Of a DNA stretch of 48,371 nucleotides, positions 35,892 through 48,007 are shown in pieces. The notes beneath the pieces were generated by a model. That model did not search any database. It saw only the letters and a list, made by a program, of their open reading frames with translations, and was not told where the DNA came from. Origin of the DNA: Chromera velia (Eukaryota); assembly GCA_018398765.1 (NCBI GenBank), contig JAHBMJ010000414.1:1-48371 (forward strand), written 5' to 3'. Made by a program: the position numbers and the translations under genes. Within the stretch, counting starts at the first letter, position 1. Each line of letters starts with the position of its first letter.

Positions 35892-37720
35892 TTGAGTGAG
35901 TGAGTGAGTGAGTGAGTGAGTGAGTGAATGGGTAAGTGAGTGAATGGGTAAGTGAGTGTGTATGTAAAGGAGAGAGAGTGTGTGTGAGAGAGAGAAAAAG
36001 AGAGAGGAAAGCGACAGGGGGAGGCAGGGAAGGAGGGAAGGGAAGAAGGAGAGAGACAGAGAGCAAGAAAGACATACTGAAAGAGGAAGAGAGAGAGAGA
36101 GAGAGACAGAGAGGGGAATAGAAACAAAACAAACAAACAAACAAACAAAATGAACCAACCTGCCAATTCCAGTGCATCCCAGAGCACTTGCCCATGTACC
36201 CAATGCGAGGCACCACCGTACGGTCGTGTCCTTCTGGACAGAGCCGGTGGGATGTGGAGCAGGTGGGTGCCGTTTTGGGCTTTGCATTCAATTGCTCGGC
36301 CTCAAGACCTGCCAACGCGAAGAAAGGCCCAGAAATACACACATACAAACAGAGAGAATAGATCTATTTTGGATTCGGGGCCCTCCTCGAACACAGATAC
36401 ACAGGCCGACTCGCAGACATGTGAGCAGGTTGGTTCGAAAACAAGTGGACCGTTGTCAAAGACAAAAGGGGATTGTGAAGCAGACTGGCAAGTTTTTCAT
36501 TCTTTTCTTGCAAGATAGAAAGAGAAAGACGCAAACATTTAAGCAGGCAGACCAAGAGACTCGCAAACAGGCAAGCAGGCAAACAAAGAGACACAAAAGC
36601 CCACTGACAGAATTCTGCGACGTCCTTGAAGGGCACGAGAGGAAAATCGCAGTTCCAGGGCCGGAACCTCATCTCGTACCTGTGAGTTGGTGTGTGTGCG
36701 TGCACGGGTGAAAGAGACTTAGATGAGGGGAAACGGTAAAAGGGAAACAACAAAGAGGCAGAAATCGCAGGACGCACGGATGTATCAAGAGGCGAGCTTG
36801 GGCTTCAAAGATCAATGCGAGGGGGAGATTCGAAAGAATCAGGTGGAGGGAAATGGAAAAGTAAAGCAGAGTGACTTTCAAGACCAATGTCTCGGGTTCT
36901 TCAGCAGTACACTCAATTGCTCATTCAGTCGATTACTCACGCAGTGCAAAATACTTTACTTTCTCACTCACTCACTCAATCACTCACTTTGTTGCCCCCA
37001 GGGTCAGCTTCATGTTTCTCTTCACGAGCGTCCAGTGCTCCAGCTCGTCTTGCTGGATCTGCAGACAGACAAGTGAGAGGAAGAATTACATAAAGGCCAA
37101 GAAAGTCAGTCAATTTTTGTGCACTAAAGAGCGGGGTTCGACTTTCAATTCAGCGATGGTGATTGGTTTTTGGGTGGAATATTCGGAGTAAATCTCTCTA
37201 TACGTTCATGTAAAGAACAAACAAGGCATGTTCCGGAAGATCGTCTGCTTGAAAGACACTGAGGGGTATGGGCCACTGCGTTCTCTCCGGTGTAACCTCC
37301 CCGTCTCCCCAAAGGATCTATGCTTCATGCACTTGCCTTCTTACTGATTTCCGGGACCACAGCGCAATGGTCCCCTGGGCAAAACGAAGGCATCTCCGCT
37401 CCTCCAGGCTGCTCCTTCGTACCAGAAGACGAGGAAGCCTTGAAGCTCTTGCTCGAAGCCTCGCTACTCTTCACACGATTCCAAAATTTCAAGTTGAGGC
37501 GTTGGAGCTGTAGCCGTGGGTTAGTGGAGGGGTCCAGATGCCTTGGGACTTTGTTGTCTCCCATCGAGGTCGCCGCCTTCTGGTCCATCTGGTACTGCGG
37601 TTTGTTGAAGTAAGAAGTGAAGGTGATCTTCTGCCGCCTCGCTCCACGGCGGCGCTCGCTTCCGAATGGATCCGTCATGACGTCGACAGGATGAATTGGC
37701 TTGGCGGAAGTATCATGCAA
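30799..37720 (-). CDS. Large multi-exon hypothetical protein, Ser/Arg/Pro-rich, with a Cys-containing N-terminal half; could be two genes
   Basis: Long coding-like exons with GT-AG borders at about 37066-36998, 36679-36609, 36306-36159, 35698-35422, 34477-34173, 33948-33276, 32922-32009 and 31655-30799. RPATA/RPSTA/RPWTA motifs; no recognised domain; 5' end and joins around 34800-35030 uncertain. Confidence 0.55.
35155..35417. repeat. (CA)n/(GA)n intronic microsatellite
   Basis: Direct reading. Confidence 0.95.
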
Positions 37721-38455
37721 AAGAGGGGGAGAAGCTGCAAGAGTTACTTACACGCGTACAAGTGCATGTGAAACTAAATCTCTAGTGCTTTGGTGTCTTG
37801 CCCCTCCTACCGACTCAGCAGACGCACAGCTGCATCTAGTGTACATAAGTACGTATACAATTATGTATAAGCCCTGCAGATCGAAAGAATGGATCGCTGC
37901 GCATGCAATCAATCGATTTTAAATACATGCATGCATGCATGCATGGGATTTTAATTTTTATGTTATATATAATTGCATCAAAATGATCGAAATACAGATG
38001 GATAGCAACCTGTATGCAACACCCATGTGTTGTTCGCAGCATGTTGCACTGTTGCAGAGTGTTGTCCACGTGCATGCATGCATTTTGCAACATGCACCTG
38101 GTGCAGCAGGGGGCCGGATGTTTCACAGTACGCGTGCTGAGGGGACCTGCTGGTCGTGGACAATTATGAATATTAATAATGGAGTCTCTCTTTCCCGCGG
38201 CAGCTCCCGACTGTCCGTACGTATGTCGATGTATCGATATCGATGTATCGAAATCGATGTATCAATATCAATATTTACATTAATATTGAATCCTGCCACG
38301 TGAGAGCCAGCAGGCGGAAACTGAACCTCTTCTTGGGTCCGCCTCAGCGATTCCAATTCACCTGAGACTGCCTCGCTTTTGCAGCCACTGCAGTGATCAT
38401 TGCTACGTGGAAACGACTCTCTGGTTCACTGGGTCGAATCACGTTTCAGGAGACC
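37721..38455. promoter_or_regulatory. Putative bidirectional promoter rich in TGCATGCA motifs
   Basis: Lies between divergent genes; (CATG)n run at 37926-37945 and further TGCATGCA near 38071-38082. Confidence 0.45.
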
Positions 38456-39848
38456 ATGACCAGCAGAGTTCGATTCCTCTGCAACTGCAGAGACACAAAT
38501 TGGGGCGAAAATATTTTTGTCGTCGGTAGCTCCGATTCACTCGGCAACTGGTGTCCCGAGCTTGCTATTCCTCTGACCAAAAACGGCTCTGACTTCCCAA
38601 ACTGGACCTCTGGCTTCGTTTCTCTCGAGCAGGGGTCAACTGTTAAGTTCAAATTTTTGATCAAGCGCTCTGATTCTTCTGTTGATGGATGGGAACCTAT
38701 CGGTGGAAACAGAACGTTGCGTGTTCCCTTCAACAGCGAATCGATCGAAGTGAAGGCCAACTGGGGCGACGGGGGCAGATTTCGGGTCTCTGTTGACTGG
38801 AAGATTGACTTGAGTTCTCTTTGCAAGCGGCAGGTTTGGAATTTGATTCGCTCCTTCCAGCCTGTCACCTCAAAGGCTCTTCGGAAGGCTTTTGACACCT
38901 TCATAAGAGGGCAGAAAGACGACCTCCGTCTACTTCTCTTCGTTGGTGCTGACATTGACGGTATGGTCAAAGGAAAGACAGCTCTGATGCGAGCAGTGAG
39001 AGAGGGAAGTTTGGAAGCCGTCGAGTTGCTTGTCAAGGCAGGAGCGCGTTTTGATGTCCTCACAAAAAACGACGTTGGCCACAAGAAGAATGGGTGTTTC
39101 AGGTGCACCGCTCTTCACGAAGCCGTTTTCCGCCCTCACCCTGAGATTGCAAAGTTCCTTCTTGCCCGAGGAGCCAATCCAAATGCAGTGGCTGACAAAG
39201 GCTGGAGGCCCCTGCACGTTGCGTCGTCAAGAGGTTTCAAAGACCTTGTCGCTTTGCTTCTTGCTCATGGTGGCAACCTGCACGCAAGGGCGGCCGGTGG
39301 TTTCAGAGCCCTTCACTTTGCTGTCCACAGCGGTGATCGAAGTACGGTCGAGCTCCTTCTTGACCAAGAAACTGACTGTCCGGATGCATGAGAAGTGTGA
39401 GATTTTCCCCCTTTTTCAAACCGTCTTACCGATTCTCGAAAAAGGTTTTGAGAACTTTGCTTTCATAGATCACCGGGACATCGCAGAACTTCTCCTTTCC
39501 CGTGGAGCCAGTGTCGACAGCGTCAATGACCTGGGTGCCACCGCTCTTCTCCTTGCCGCTCGTTATGGAGCCGCAGAAGTTGCCGAGCTTCTTCTGGCAG
39601 AAGGTGCTGACGTTCACGTTACAGACAATTGTGGGCGGACGGCGCTCCATCATGCTGCATTTTGTATTCATCAAGTGGCAGAAAAGAAACTGCGAGTCGC
39701 AAAGATGCTTGTCTCACGCGGCATCAACGTCAATGCCATGAACACTGGCGGAAGGACGGCTCTTGCCGTTGCGCAAAGCTGCTGCTGTTTGCAAAAGGTA
39801 CCATTTCGTATCTTTCTTGCTGGTTTGCCTCAGCAGCAATTCGAGTAG
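38456..39848 (+). CDS. CBM20 starch-binding domain fused to ankyrin repeats; frame break near 39375 (pseudogene, assembly error or cryptic intron)
   Basis: TNWGENIFVVGSSDSLGNW...FPNWT...FKFLIK...WEPIGGNR is CBM20. Ankyrin repeats GKTALMRA, TALHEA, GWRPLHVA, GFRALHFA in frame 1; GATALLLA, GRTALHHA, GRTALAVA in the +1 frame. Confidence 0.88.
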
Positions 39849-41046
39849 ACGCAGATGAATTGGAGAATGTGGACCTTCAATTATAAGGTCTGAAACAGTC
39901 AATGCAGTGACATTGTATAGTATGACGATCAGTATTGTGCACTAGATTGTGCAGCGTGCACGTGCATTTAATTATGTGATGTGACAGAGAGGCAAATGAC
40001 GACAAGCTGTGATTGGTACAGGCGATGGTTGGTTCACGATGAATCATTCATTAAATTTCATTTATCTATCTACCTATCTATCTATCTATCTATATAGGTT
40101 GTGCTGTGCTGGTTGTGTATCGTGTGTAGCCTATATTTGCATATAGATTGTATATAACCCCTAGTATAAACCCCAAAATAGAGTTATACTAGGAGTTATA
40201 TTTAATAATAGAATACATATAAATCTCTACATACCTTTCAATACCCTGCAAAACCTTCAGAATTCAGAGGAATTTAGAGCATAATGTATAAAAAATCAGA
40301 AAAATTCAAAAGAGTTTAGAACAATTTGATTATTTGAACAGGAATTAACTCAATCAATCAGTCAAACTAATGTAATGTATAAGAATTTTAAGTTGGAATG
40401 CATGATATGAAAGAATTTATTTAAAGTATACTTTGATTCTAAAAATTTGTTAACGTTTGGAATAAATTGTTCATAATCATGATAAGCCTAGCAATAAACT
40501 ATAGGCAATAAGCTAGGCAATAAGCCAGAGTCTCTTTTTATTGTTGTAAGATTCAAGTTGTTCAAAAGTTTGTAGCGAATCAATCACCTTATATCTAGCC
40601 TTATATTAAGTTATTCTAAAACTTCAATCATGTGGAACTTTACAATGAAGTAACGTACCTAGCTAGGAAAAAACAGATTCAAGTCGTACATGCAGCAGTT
40701 GAAACGTTTTGAGCCAGGTGTTGAAGCCTCTATCTGCAAATGATTCTTGGGATTTTTTTTGCCTCGATGACGAGTTGATCTACGTCCAGACGTATTCGTT
40801 GCACACTTCCGAGTCAGTCAGGCATTGTAGAACGACCTGAGAAAGTCTAGGTGTTTTGGAACTGGCATTTTGTGCATTTGAACAATCGTGAATAGACGAG
40901 ACGACAGCTGTGTTTTCTTCTCCGAGTTGCTCTCTCAGAGGTGCTCTTCTCCCAACCCCTCCCCACCTTGTCCAAACAAGGCTGCCCCCCCATAGCTCCT
41001 TTGGCCGTCAGCCAGGGAGGGAACTAGAATCCAGTGAGGCAATCAG

Positions 41047-44000
41047 TCAGTCAGACGATTCCTCGGACCCTGCACACAAAAATGCACACACACGCATCCT
41101 TATGTATATGTGTACACAGACCACCATATAGACATGCATGCATACGTACCGACACGCCCATCAGGAAAACATAGAAAGAAATAAAGAAAGAAAGCAGGGG
41201 GAAAAAAGAAAGGGGAAGACAGCACCGAGGCGGAAAAGAGGAGGAGCTTGAGAGAGAGAAAGATGTAGGCGAGTGCTCTCCATGAGAAAATTAAAAAAAA
41301 TATATGTGCAGGCGCAGGAGACCTCTCGCCAGAAGAGCACAAGGTTGGAAAGAGAGGGGGTAGACCAAGTCAAAGAGCCGAACAGAAGGATAGGGGTGGA
41401 AGAAGAAGACGTCACCAAACGAGAGCAGCAATGTAGAAACATAAGTACGAGAAAAAAGGAACGCACCGCTGCTTTCATCCGCAGGCGGTCTCGGTCTCGA
41501 CTTTGGTTGCGGAGAATTTCCCCCTCCTCCCCCTCCTCCTGGTGCTGGTGCCTTCACGAGTTGCAGGAGTATTCTCCCCTTGGGGCTGTCTTCGTCTGCC
41601 GCGGCGATGGACTTCAGGACGTATTCTCTGAAATTGGCAGACTGAGGATCGTGGATGGGAATCTGCACACAGCGTCCGTCATACAAGGCGAAACGAGAGT
41701 CATGTAGAAAAACAAAAATCGAAGAGAGGGCACAGGAAGAACACTCAGAGGTCTTCTCTCCTCTTCCCGATGACGAGTGCTTCATCCGAACAGAGGCTCT
41801 TGTGTGCCTACACCAGGCTGAAAGAAGAATAACCGACTTGGCAGCAGACAAAAGAAGTGAGATCTGCAGCTGATATTATGTGGAGATGGTCGACAGCACG
41901 ACAGGGGGGAGACAGAGAGATGGAGAAACAAGGTGAAAAACACATACACAAAGAGAGAACTGACAGTCGCTTCCCCAACGATGACGTCCCCTCTTGAGGG
42001 TGTCTTCCTCACCGCCTCCAGAGCAACACTCTGCAACCAACAATTGGAGTGGCAAAGAGCGAGCGGGGGACAGAGGGAACTGAAAGCAACAAGGGGGGGG
42101 AATGAAAGGAGTTAAGTCCATCTACTCAGGAGAGGGACCGACGGATGGGGGGAGACTGGCAGAGAGGTAGGGAGAAAGAGAGACGCAATCTCTTGTTCTT
42201 CCTGTCTTACGCATGGAAAACTTTCTCTCTCTCAACCTGAGGGCCCCCCCTGCTCTGCTGACCTTCTCCTTCGGATCCAAAGGGATCGGCACGGGGTGTC
42301 TGAAGACGACGTCTTGGGCCTCCGAGGCTCCCGATTTGGGGGGCTGCCCTCCCTTTTCGGGAGTTCTGATTTTGCACGCACACACATACACATGGAGGAG
42401 TCAAACACGTGCATGCATGCGTACGGGCAGACATCAACACAAGTATCGCGAGTGGTTTTTAATTGAGTGAAGGGCTGCACACAGGGACCCGACTAAGCCA
42501 AGCGAGGAATGCAGGCAGAAGAGTCAAAAAGAGTTTCCTTCTCATAGACTGGAAGTGAAGTCAAATGCTCCAAGCTCTTAGGGCAGTCCAGAAACTGGAA
42601 GAAAAGAACGGATCAAACCCCAGCTTGCACGAGAACACCGACTCAAAAACGTGTCAACTCACACAGCCATTCACTCATTGACTCCCTTTCTCCCTCGCTC
42701 ACTCACTGACTTTGCCCCTTTTCCTCTTGGGTGAGTGGAGTAACGGATACGACAGTATACAGGCGCTGCAGGCAGCAGGGAGTTTTACAGCGGGTTGGAG
42801 TTGGAAAAAAGGAAACGCGCCCCTCTTCCCTCTTGAGACAAACGCACGGATAGGGAGACGTACGGAGCGATTGTTCGTGCAAAGTGGCTACTCAGAAGAC
42901 CAAGGGACAGCGAAGGTAACAGAGAAAGTGAACACTCGGCCTCACCATCCTACTGAACACCATGTGCTGGGGCATGTACTCCAGGTCCGTGTGTGAATAA
43001 TTCAGAGACAGAGACACGTGGATAAACAGTACACATACAGAAAGACAGAAGCACACATGTATACACACACACACACAGAGGCTCAGCTAACCTCCCTTCT
43101 CTTGCGCTCCTGTCTGAAGGTCCCGGATGGCATCGATGCGAACCATTAAGGCCATCCTTTGGCCTGCCGCCCCCCCCGCGCCTGCTGCCTGTGCTCCCGC
43201 TGTGGGGCTTGCCCCTCTCGCCTTTGCTGCTGGCTGTGCTTTCGCTTTCGGTGCGGGGGCTTCATCCTGCAGGACAATCAATGAAGAGAAGAATGAGAGA
43301 GAGAGAGTATCGGCATCTGCAGATGAAAGAGGCATGCAGCATGCAGACAGGAGCCAAGAACACCGATTCGGACGTGCAGACAGAGAGCAAAGACATCCGA
43401 ATCTCACGTGCACCCAGGAAGACAGGAATGCTACAGTAGACTTTTTTCGTTCCAGAAGAAAAAAATGAGCAGAAGCCCGCAGTACAGAAGAAGGAAAAGG
43501 AATAGTATCATTTTTCACCTACAGCAAAGTATGAAGAAGCTGGGGAAAAACGAAAACATAGGAGGTACGTTGCAAGGACGTATACCAGCATTGCCCGACA
43601 CAACACATGATTTGCCTGTCCCTCCCTGACCTCCGAGTTCTCCTCCGACTCCTCCGAGTCGTCCTCTTCCTCAGAGGATTCGTCGGCCTTTCCTCCGGGG
43701 GCAATGCTCACCTGCACAAACAAAGGAAAGAAGGAAGGAAGAGGAGGCGTGGGTCAAATTCAACAAAGCATTTGGCCCAGGGTTTTCTGTAGCAGTAAAC
43801 GCAAAGAAAGAGAATCTCCCACAACGCATGTCACAACGGTTTTTGTAGGGCTGACCAAATGCAGAATGACGTACAAGGCACTTCTCCACCCTTTGTCTGT
43901 CCATGAAAGCAAAACGTTTGACAGTCCCAAACGCTAGTGCGCGTCCATATTGCAGACGTTGTATCCACTTACATCATCACATGTTCGGTATGCAGGGCAG

Positions 44001-47000
44001 TGACTGACCCTCTTTGGGGATGCCGCTTTGGGGCTCTGTGGAGGCGCCGCCGCCTCTCCTGCAGGCACCATGATGGTTGTGGAGCCTCCCTTGACCAGTT
44101 GGAGGGACACGGAGCCCAGCCCAGAGGCGGACTGTTGCATCTCCTTGGCGTTGGAGGGATCGCTGGAGGGAGGGGAGAGAGGCCAGGTGGCGAATTTGGC
44201 GGTCCTGCTGTCCGTGACGCTCACGGCCGCCGTGCCGTAGTGCTGGACCCCGGAGCCGCCGAGAGCGTAGGCCTCTACCACCTAGTGGGGGAATGGATGA
44301 AAGGACGAAAGGAAGAAAGAGTGGATTGGATATTGGGTTGGGCTTCGAGCACTGAAAGCAAAGCAGGAAGGTGCAATGCAATCTTCTCGCTTCTGCCTCT
44401 GTGAGTGCAACGCGATAAGCCTAGCCCTCAACTTACTAGCCTACTGACACCCTACTGTGCTGCCAATTTTGTTCCAGACAAGAATTATTCTTCCTGAGGC
44501 TCAAAGACGTGCAACCCTGATTCCCTCCCCCCCAAACTGAGGAAACTAAAAAATGACACTTTGAAGCTTCTTTGAAAGAAAGGGAGGGAAAAAAAAGAAG
44601 ACTGACCACTGTGTAGTCACTTCTATTCCGCACAGGAACCCCGATTTGGTGTTTGAAGACGGCATCGAGTCTGTCCTCTCCCTTTCGTTGGGCAGCTGCC
44701 ACCTTAGAACTGTAGGCGTGTGTGCATTCACATGGGAGGGAGAAGACCCAAACAACAATGTTCATATAGGAGGAAAGGTCGAGGTGTGGACAGCAACCAA
44801 AATACATGCTTAGAGCTCTAAGAATAGTCTTGCTCTCACACAGAGGAGGCAAATGAATAGAGTCTGCAGCTGGACAAGCAAAGGGATCCCCTCTCCAACG
44901 TGAGTGTTCCCTCAGGCAAAATGAAAGCACTGAAAAGCAATCAAAGAACAGGCTACAGAAACCAGGTGTTGCGTGCGTCACAGGGGTGTATACAGCGTCT
45001 GAGGAGCCTTATCTGATCCCCATGAGAAAGGTGAAACGTGCAATAGTTGAGGGGGGATTGAGCGGGGTGCATGGACGCTTGACTAACTTGAGTGCGTGTG
45101 TGCCGTTTTTGTCGGTGAGGAAGCGGACACGGCAGCGCATCTCCGTGCCCTCGTTCACTTTCACTCCAGTCACCCTGTCCAGGCGGACCTGCAGGGGGGA
45201 GGGAAGGAGGAAGAAAGAGAAACAACGAGCGAAAGTCAAGGACTGCGCACACCAAGAAGAAGGTGAAACGTAAGACGTTTCATGACACACCGACGGGTCC
45301 CGCACTTTCCATCTGTCTATTCACTCAGGCAAAGGAGGCATTCCATTTTTCCTCTTTAGGGTTCATTACCAGTCGAAATCCTGTAAAGACATTAGCATTT
45401 CGCGTCCTCTCTGGGCACTTATCTGATGACTGACCAGCAGAAGGGGTACAGATTTCTCAACCATCCCCTCTCCCTTTGCCGACTCGGCAGACGTTTTTCT
45501 TCCCGTCTCCTCCTTCTCTTCAGGTACTTGGGGAGTCGAAGCAGGAGCAGGAGCAGGAGCGGCCTTTGTGACGGACCCCCTCTCCTTGTGGGCGTCTGAC
45601 CCCCCAGAGAGGGTCGAGGACCGCCGTCTCTCTGCTGCCGGTGCGGCGGGTTCCTGGCTGGGTTGTGCCGTCTGGTGACCCACAATGGCGTGCTCTGAGG
45701 AGCCTCTTCTGGGTGGGGGTGGGGGGGGTTTGGGAACGTCCTCAGAAGCTCGGACGGGCTCGATAGAGGAGACGGGGGGGGCTGGGGATAAAGAGGGGGG
45801 TGTAGCTGACTGCAGTGATCCTCTTTGGTTTTCTTGCGGTTTCTCGTTTTCCAAACGGGTCGCAGGGGGTGGTGTCGCGCCGCCACTCCTCAGCTGGGAA
45901 AGGCGGCGCGCATTTGCGTTGATGGGGGTGCCGTTGTTTCTCTGTGCACCTGCGGGAGAGGCTGCAGGCAGATCGGGGGAGGGTGGTACGTAGAGATCTC
46001 CGGGTTGGGGGGGGGGAGACTCTGGTCGCTTCGGAGAGAGGGGTGGGCTTCTAACGTCTGTGCCATAGCGAATGCGCAGACTCCCTATGGTGCCTGCCCC
46101 CGGGACTGCAGGTACAGTGAAGTTTGGATTCACGAGGGGGAGCCAGATGTCCACCATGGGTTGGTCCCACATAGGCGGGCAGAAGCACGCTTCCCCTATC
46201 AGTACGGAGGCAGATCTGTTCGCAGGGGAAATTCCGATGAGACGGAATGTTGCTGCGTACTTCTTCCGGGTATGTGTGCACCTGAATTGGAATGCGGGTT
46301 GTACTGAGGAGGGCGGAGGGAAGAGTTGGGCTCTGGTAGGGGAGTAGTACAGTGGGAGACGCGTGTAGATCTGCATGGGGTCTGATTGTGAGGGGAGTTT
46401 GTGGGGAGGGTGGAGGAAGATTTCTGCGAACACTTCAGGAGTTGTGGGCGCAACGTCACGAAGGCCGCAGACCTCCACGAGTTGGAGTGAAACGGGGTCT
46501 CCCTGCTCCCCGTGAAGCTGCAGACAGAAAAAAATCGGAACAGAGGAACGCATTACTTGACACACATGGGTTTATGCAGAATACACATCTGGGGGGAAAG
46601 AAGAGACCACAAGACAGGAGATGCTTTCTTTCTGCCCCCCAGCGACGCATGATCAGACCGACAGGGGCAAAAGAAAGAAAGAGCGATTCGAACCACAATC
46701 CAGGTACTAGTTCTAAATCTCTCATCCCCTGCGGCTTTGTTCTTTTACATATCTCTTCCTTCCCCCCCTAGAACACAACAAGGAACAGAAACTGTCGCTG
46801 AACCTTGCGGCTTCCACCGCCCGCCCTCCCTTGATTCGCTCGACGGAGGTTTCTCACGTAAGCGGGCAAGCTAGAAGTGCAATACCTTCTTCTATCAGCT
46901 CTCCGTACTCCCTCTGTCTCTGAGTCACTGACCCACCTCATCCTCTTTCACGTCCCCCACCGCCACGAAGGAGGGCGCGTCAGAGAGCTGCTCGATGTCC

Positions 47001-47491
47001 TCGTGGGCGTGTCTCTGTTGCTGCTGTTCCTTCTCCCTCTTCCCAGGGGAAGGGCCTCTGAAGCCCAAAGCGAGTAGCTGCTCCCTCTGCGGCTGTGAAA
47101 GGACGTTCATGTTCAGAACGTCATTCACGAACCTCAACTGACGACCTTGAAGAGGAGTCACGTATGCGAAATTGTCGGCTGTCCCAGATGTATCTGGACG
47201 GTTTGTTTCTCCTTCCATCTGTACATGATCTCCAAGATTTCCCAACACTCTTTTGGCGTGTGTTGTTTGCTCGTCCAACTCTCCCGGAAGAATCGGCAAA
47301 CCGTTCTGGTATCTCATCTGTCTGGACACCCACAGATGTCTATTCCTCACAAGATTTGGCTGCTCGTTCAACAGAATGGAGCATTGGTTTAGCTTCCTCT
47401 CGATGGCCGCAAGATCTCTTTGGTATTCACAAATTTTTCCAAGGAGGGTGTCCCCGAAATCATTTCCGTCGCGTTCTCTGCTTCGTTGCAT
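41047..47491 (-). CDS. Multi-exon protein with N-terminal coiled coil and three predicted C2 domains separated by Pro-rich and acidic linkers
   Basis: C2-like strands: VSLQLVEVCGL...VLIGEACF...IWLPL...GSLRIRY; VRLDRVTGV...VVEAYA...YGTAAVSV...WPL...GSVSLQL; LMVRIDAIRDL...VALEAV...IVGEATIPI...GRILLQL. Exon 1 47491-46937, exon 2 from 46518, last exon ends TGA 41049-41047; some internal joins not resolved. Confidence 0.72.
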
Positions 47492-47844
47492 CACGACAGC
47501 GATTTCTGCTCCCTCCAAACACAGTTAGCAAGAGTCTACTATCAAACCTTCTCAGACAGACTGTGCCAGTTGACTCGTCGCAACGCAACACCTTGCAGTG
47601 CATGCGTCCACCAGACTGACTGAGCTATGACAGGCGCGGGTGAACCGTCTACGTCAAGCGTGAGGAGCACTGCTGGCTCAATCCGGGAAGACAGTCACAA
47701 AACAGGGCTTTCCAGAGCTGCATGTTCACCATCGCTTCTCTGTACTCCGTTAAATCCGATGAAGCACTTTCTACAACTTCTCCCATTTCGAGGGCCAATG
47801 ATTCGTGCACATGCACATGCATGCGCGGTCGTCCGGCCCCTAGC

Positions 47845-48007
47845 TGGCCCCTCATATTAACTAGCCTGGCCTGTCAAAAAAAGGAGCCGGTCAAGACTGC
47901 CAGGCTCATCAAATATCCCTGGACCGTCAAACAATAGCCTGGCCCGTCAAATATCTCTGGCCCGTCAAATATATTCCTGGCCCGTCAAACATTTATGGCC
48001 CGTCAAA
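47845..48007 (+). repeat. Array of TGGCCCGTCAAA 12-mers with 5-10 nt variable spacers
   Basis: Perfect copies at 47940, 47958, 47978, 47996; degenerate copies at 47845, 47867, 47884, 47902, 47920. Confidence 0.88.
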
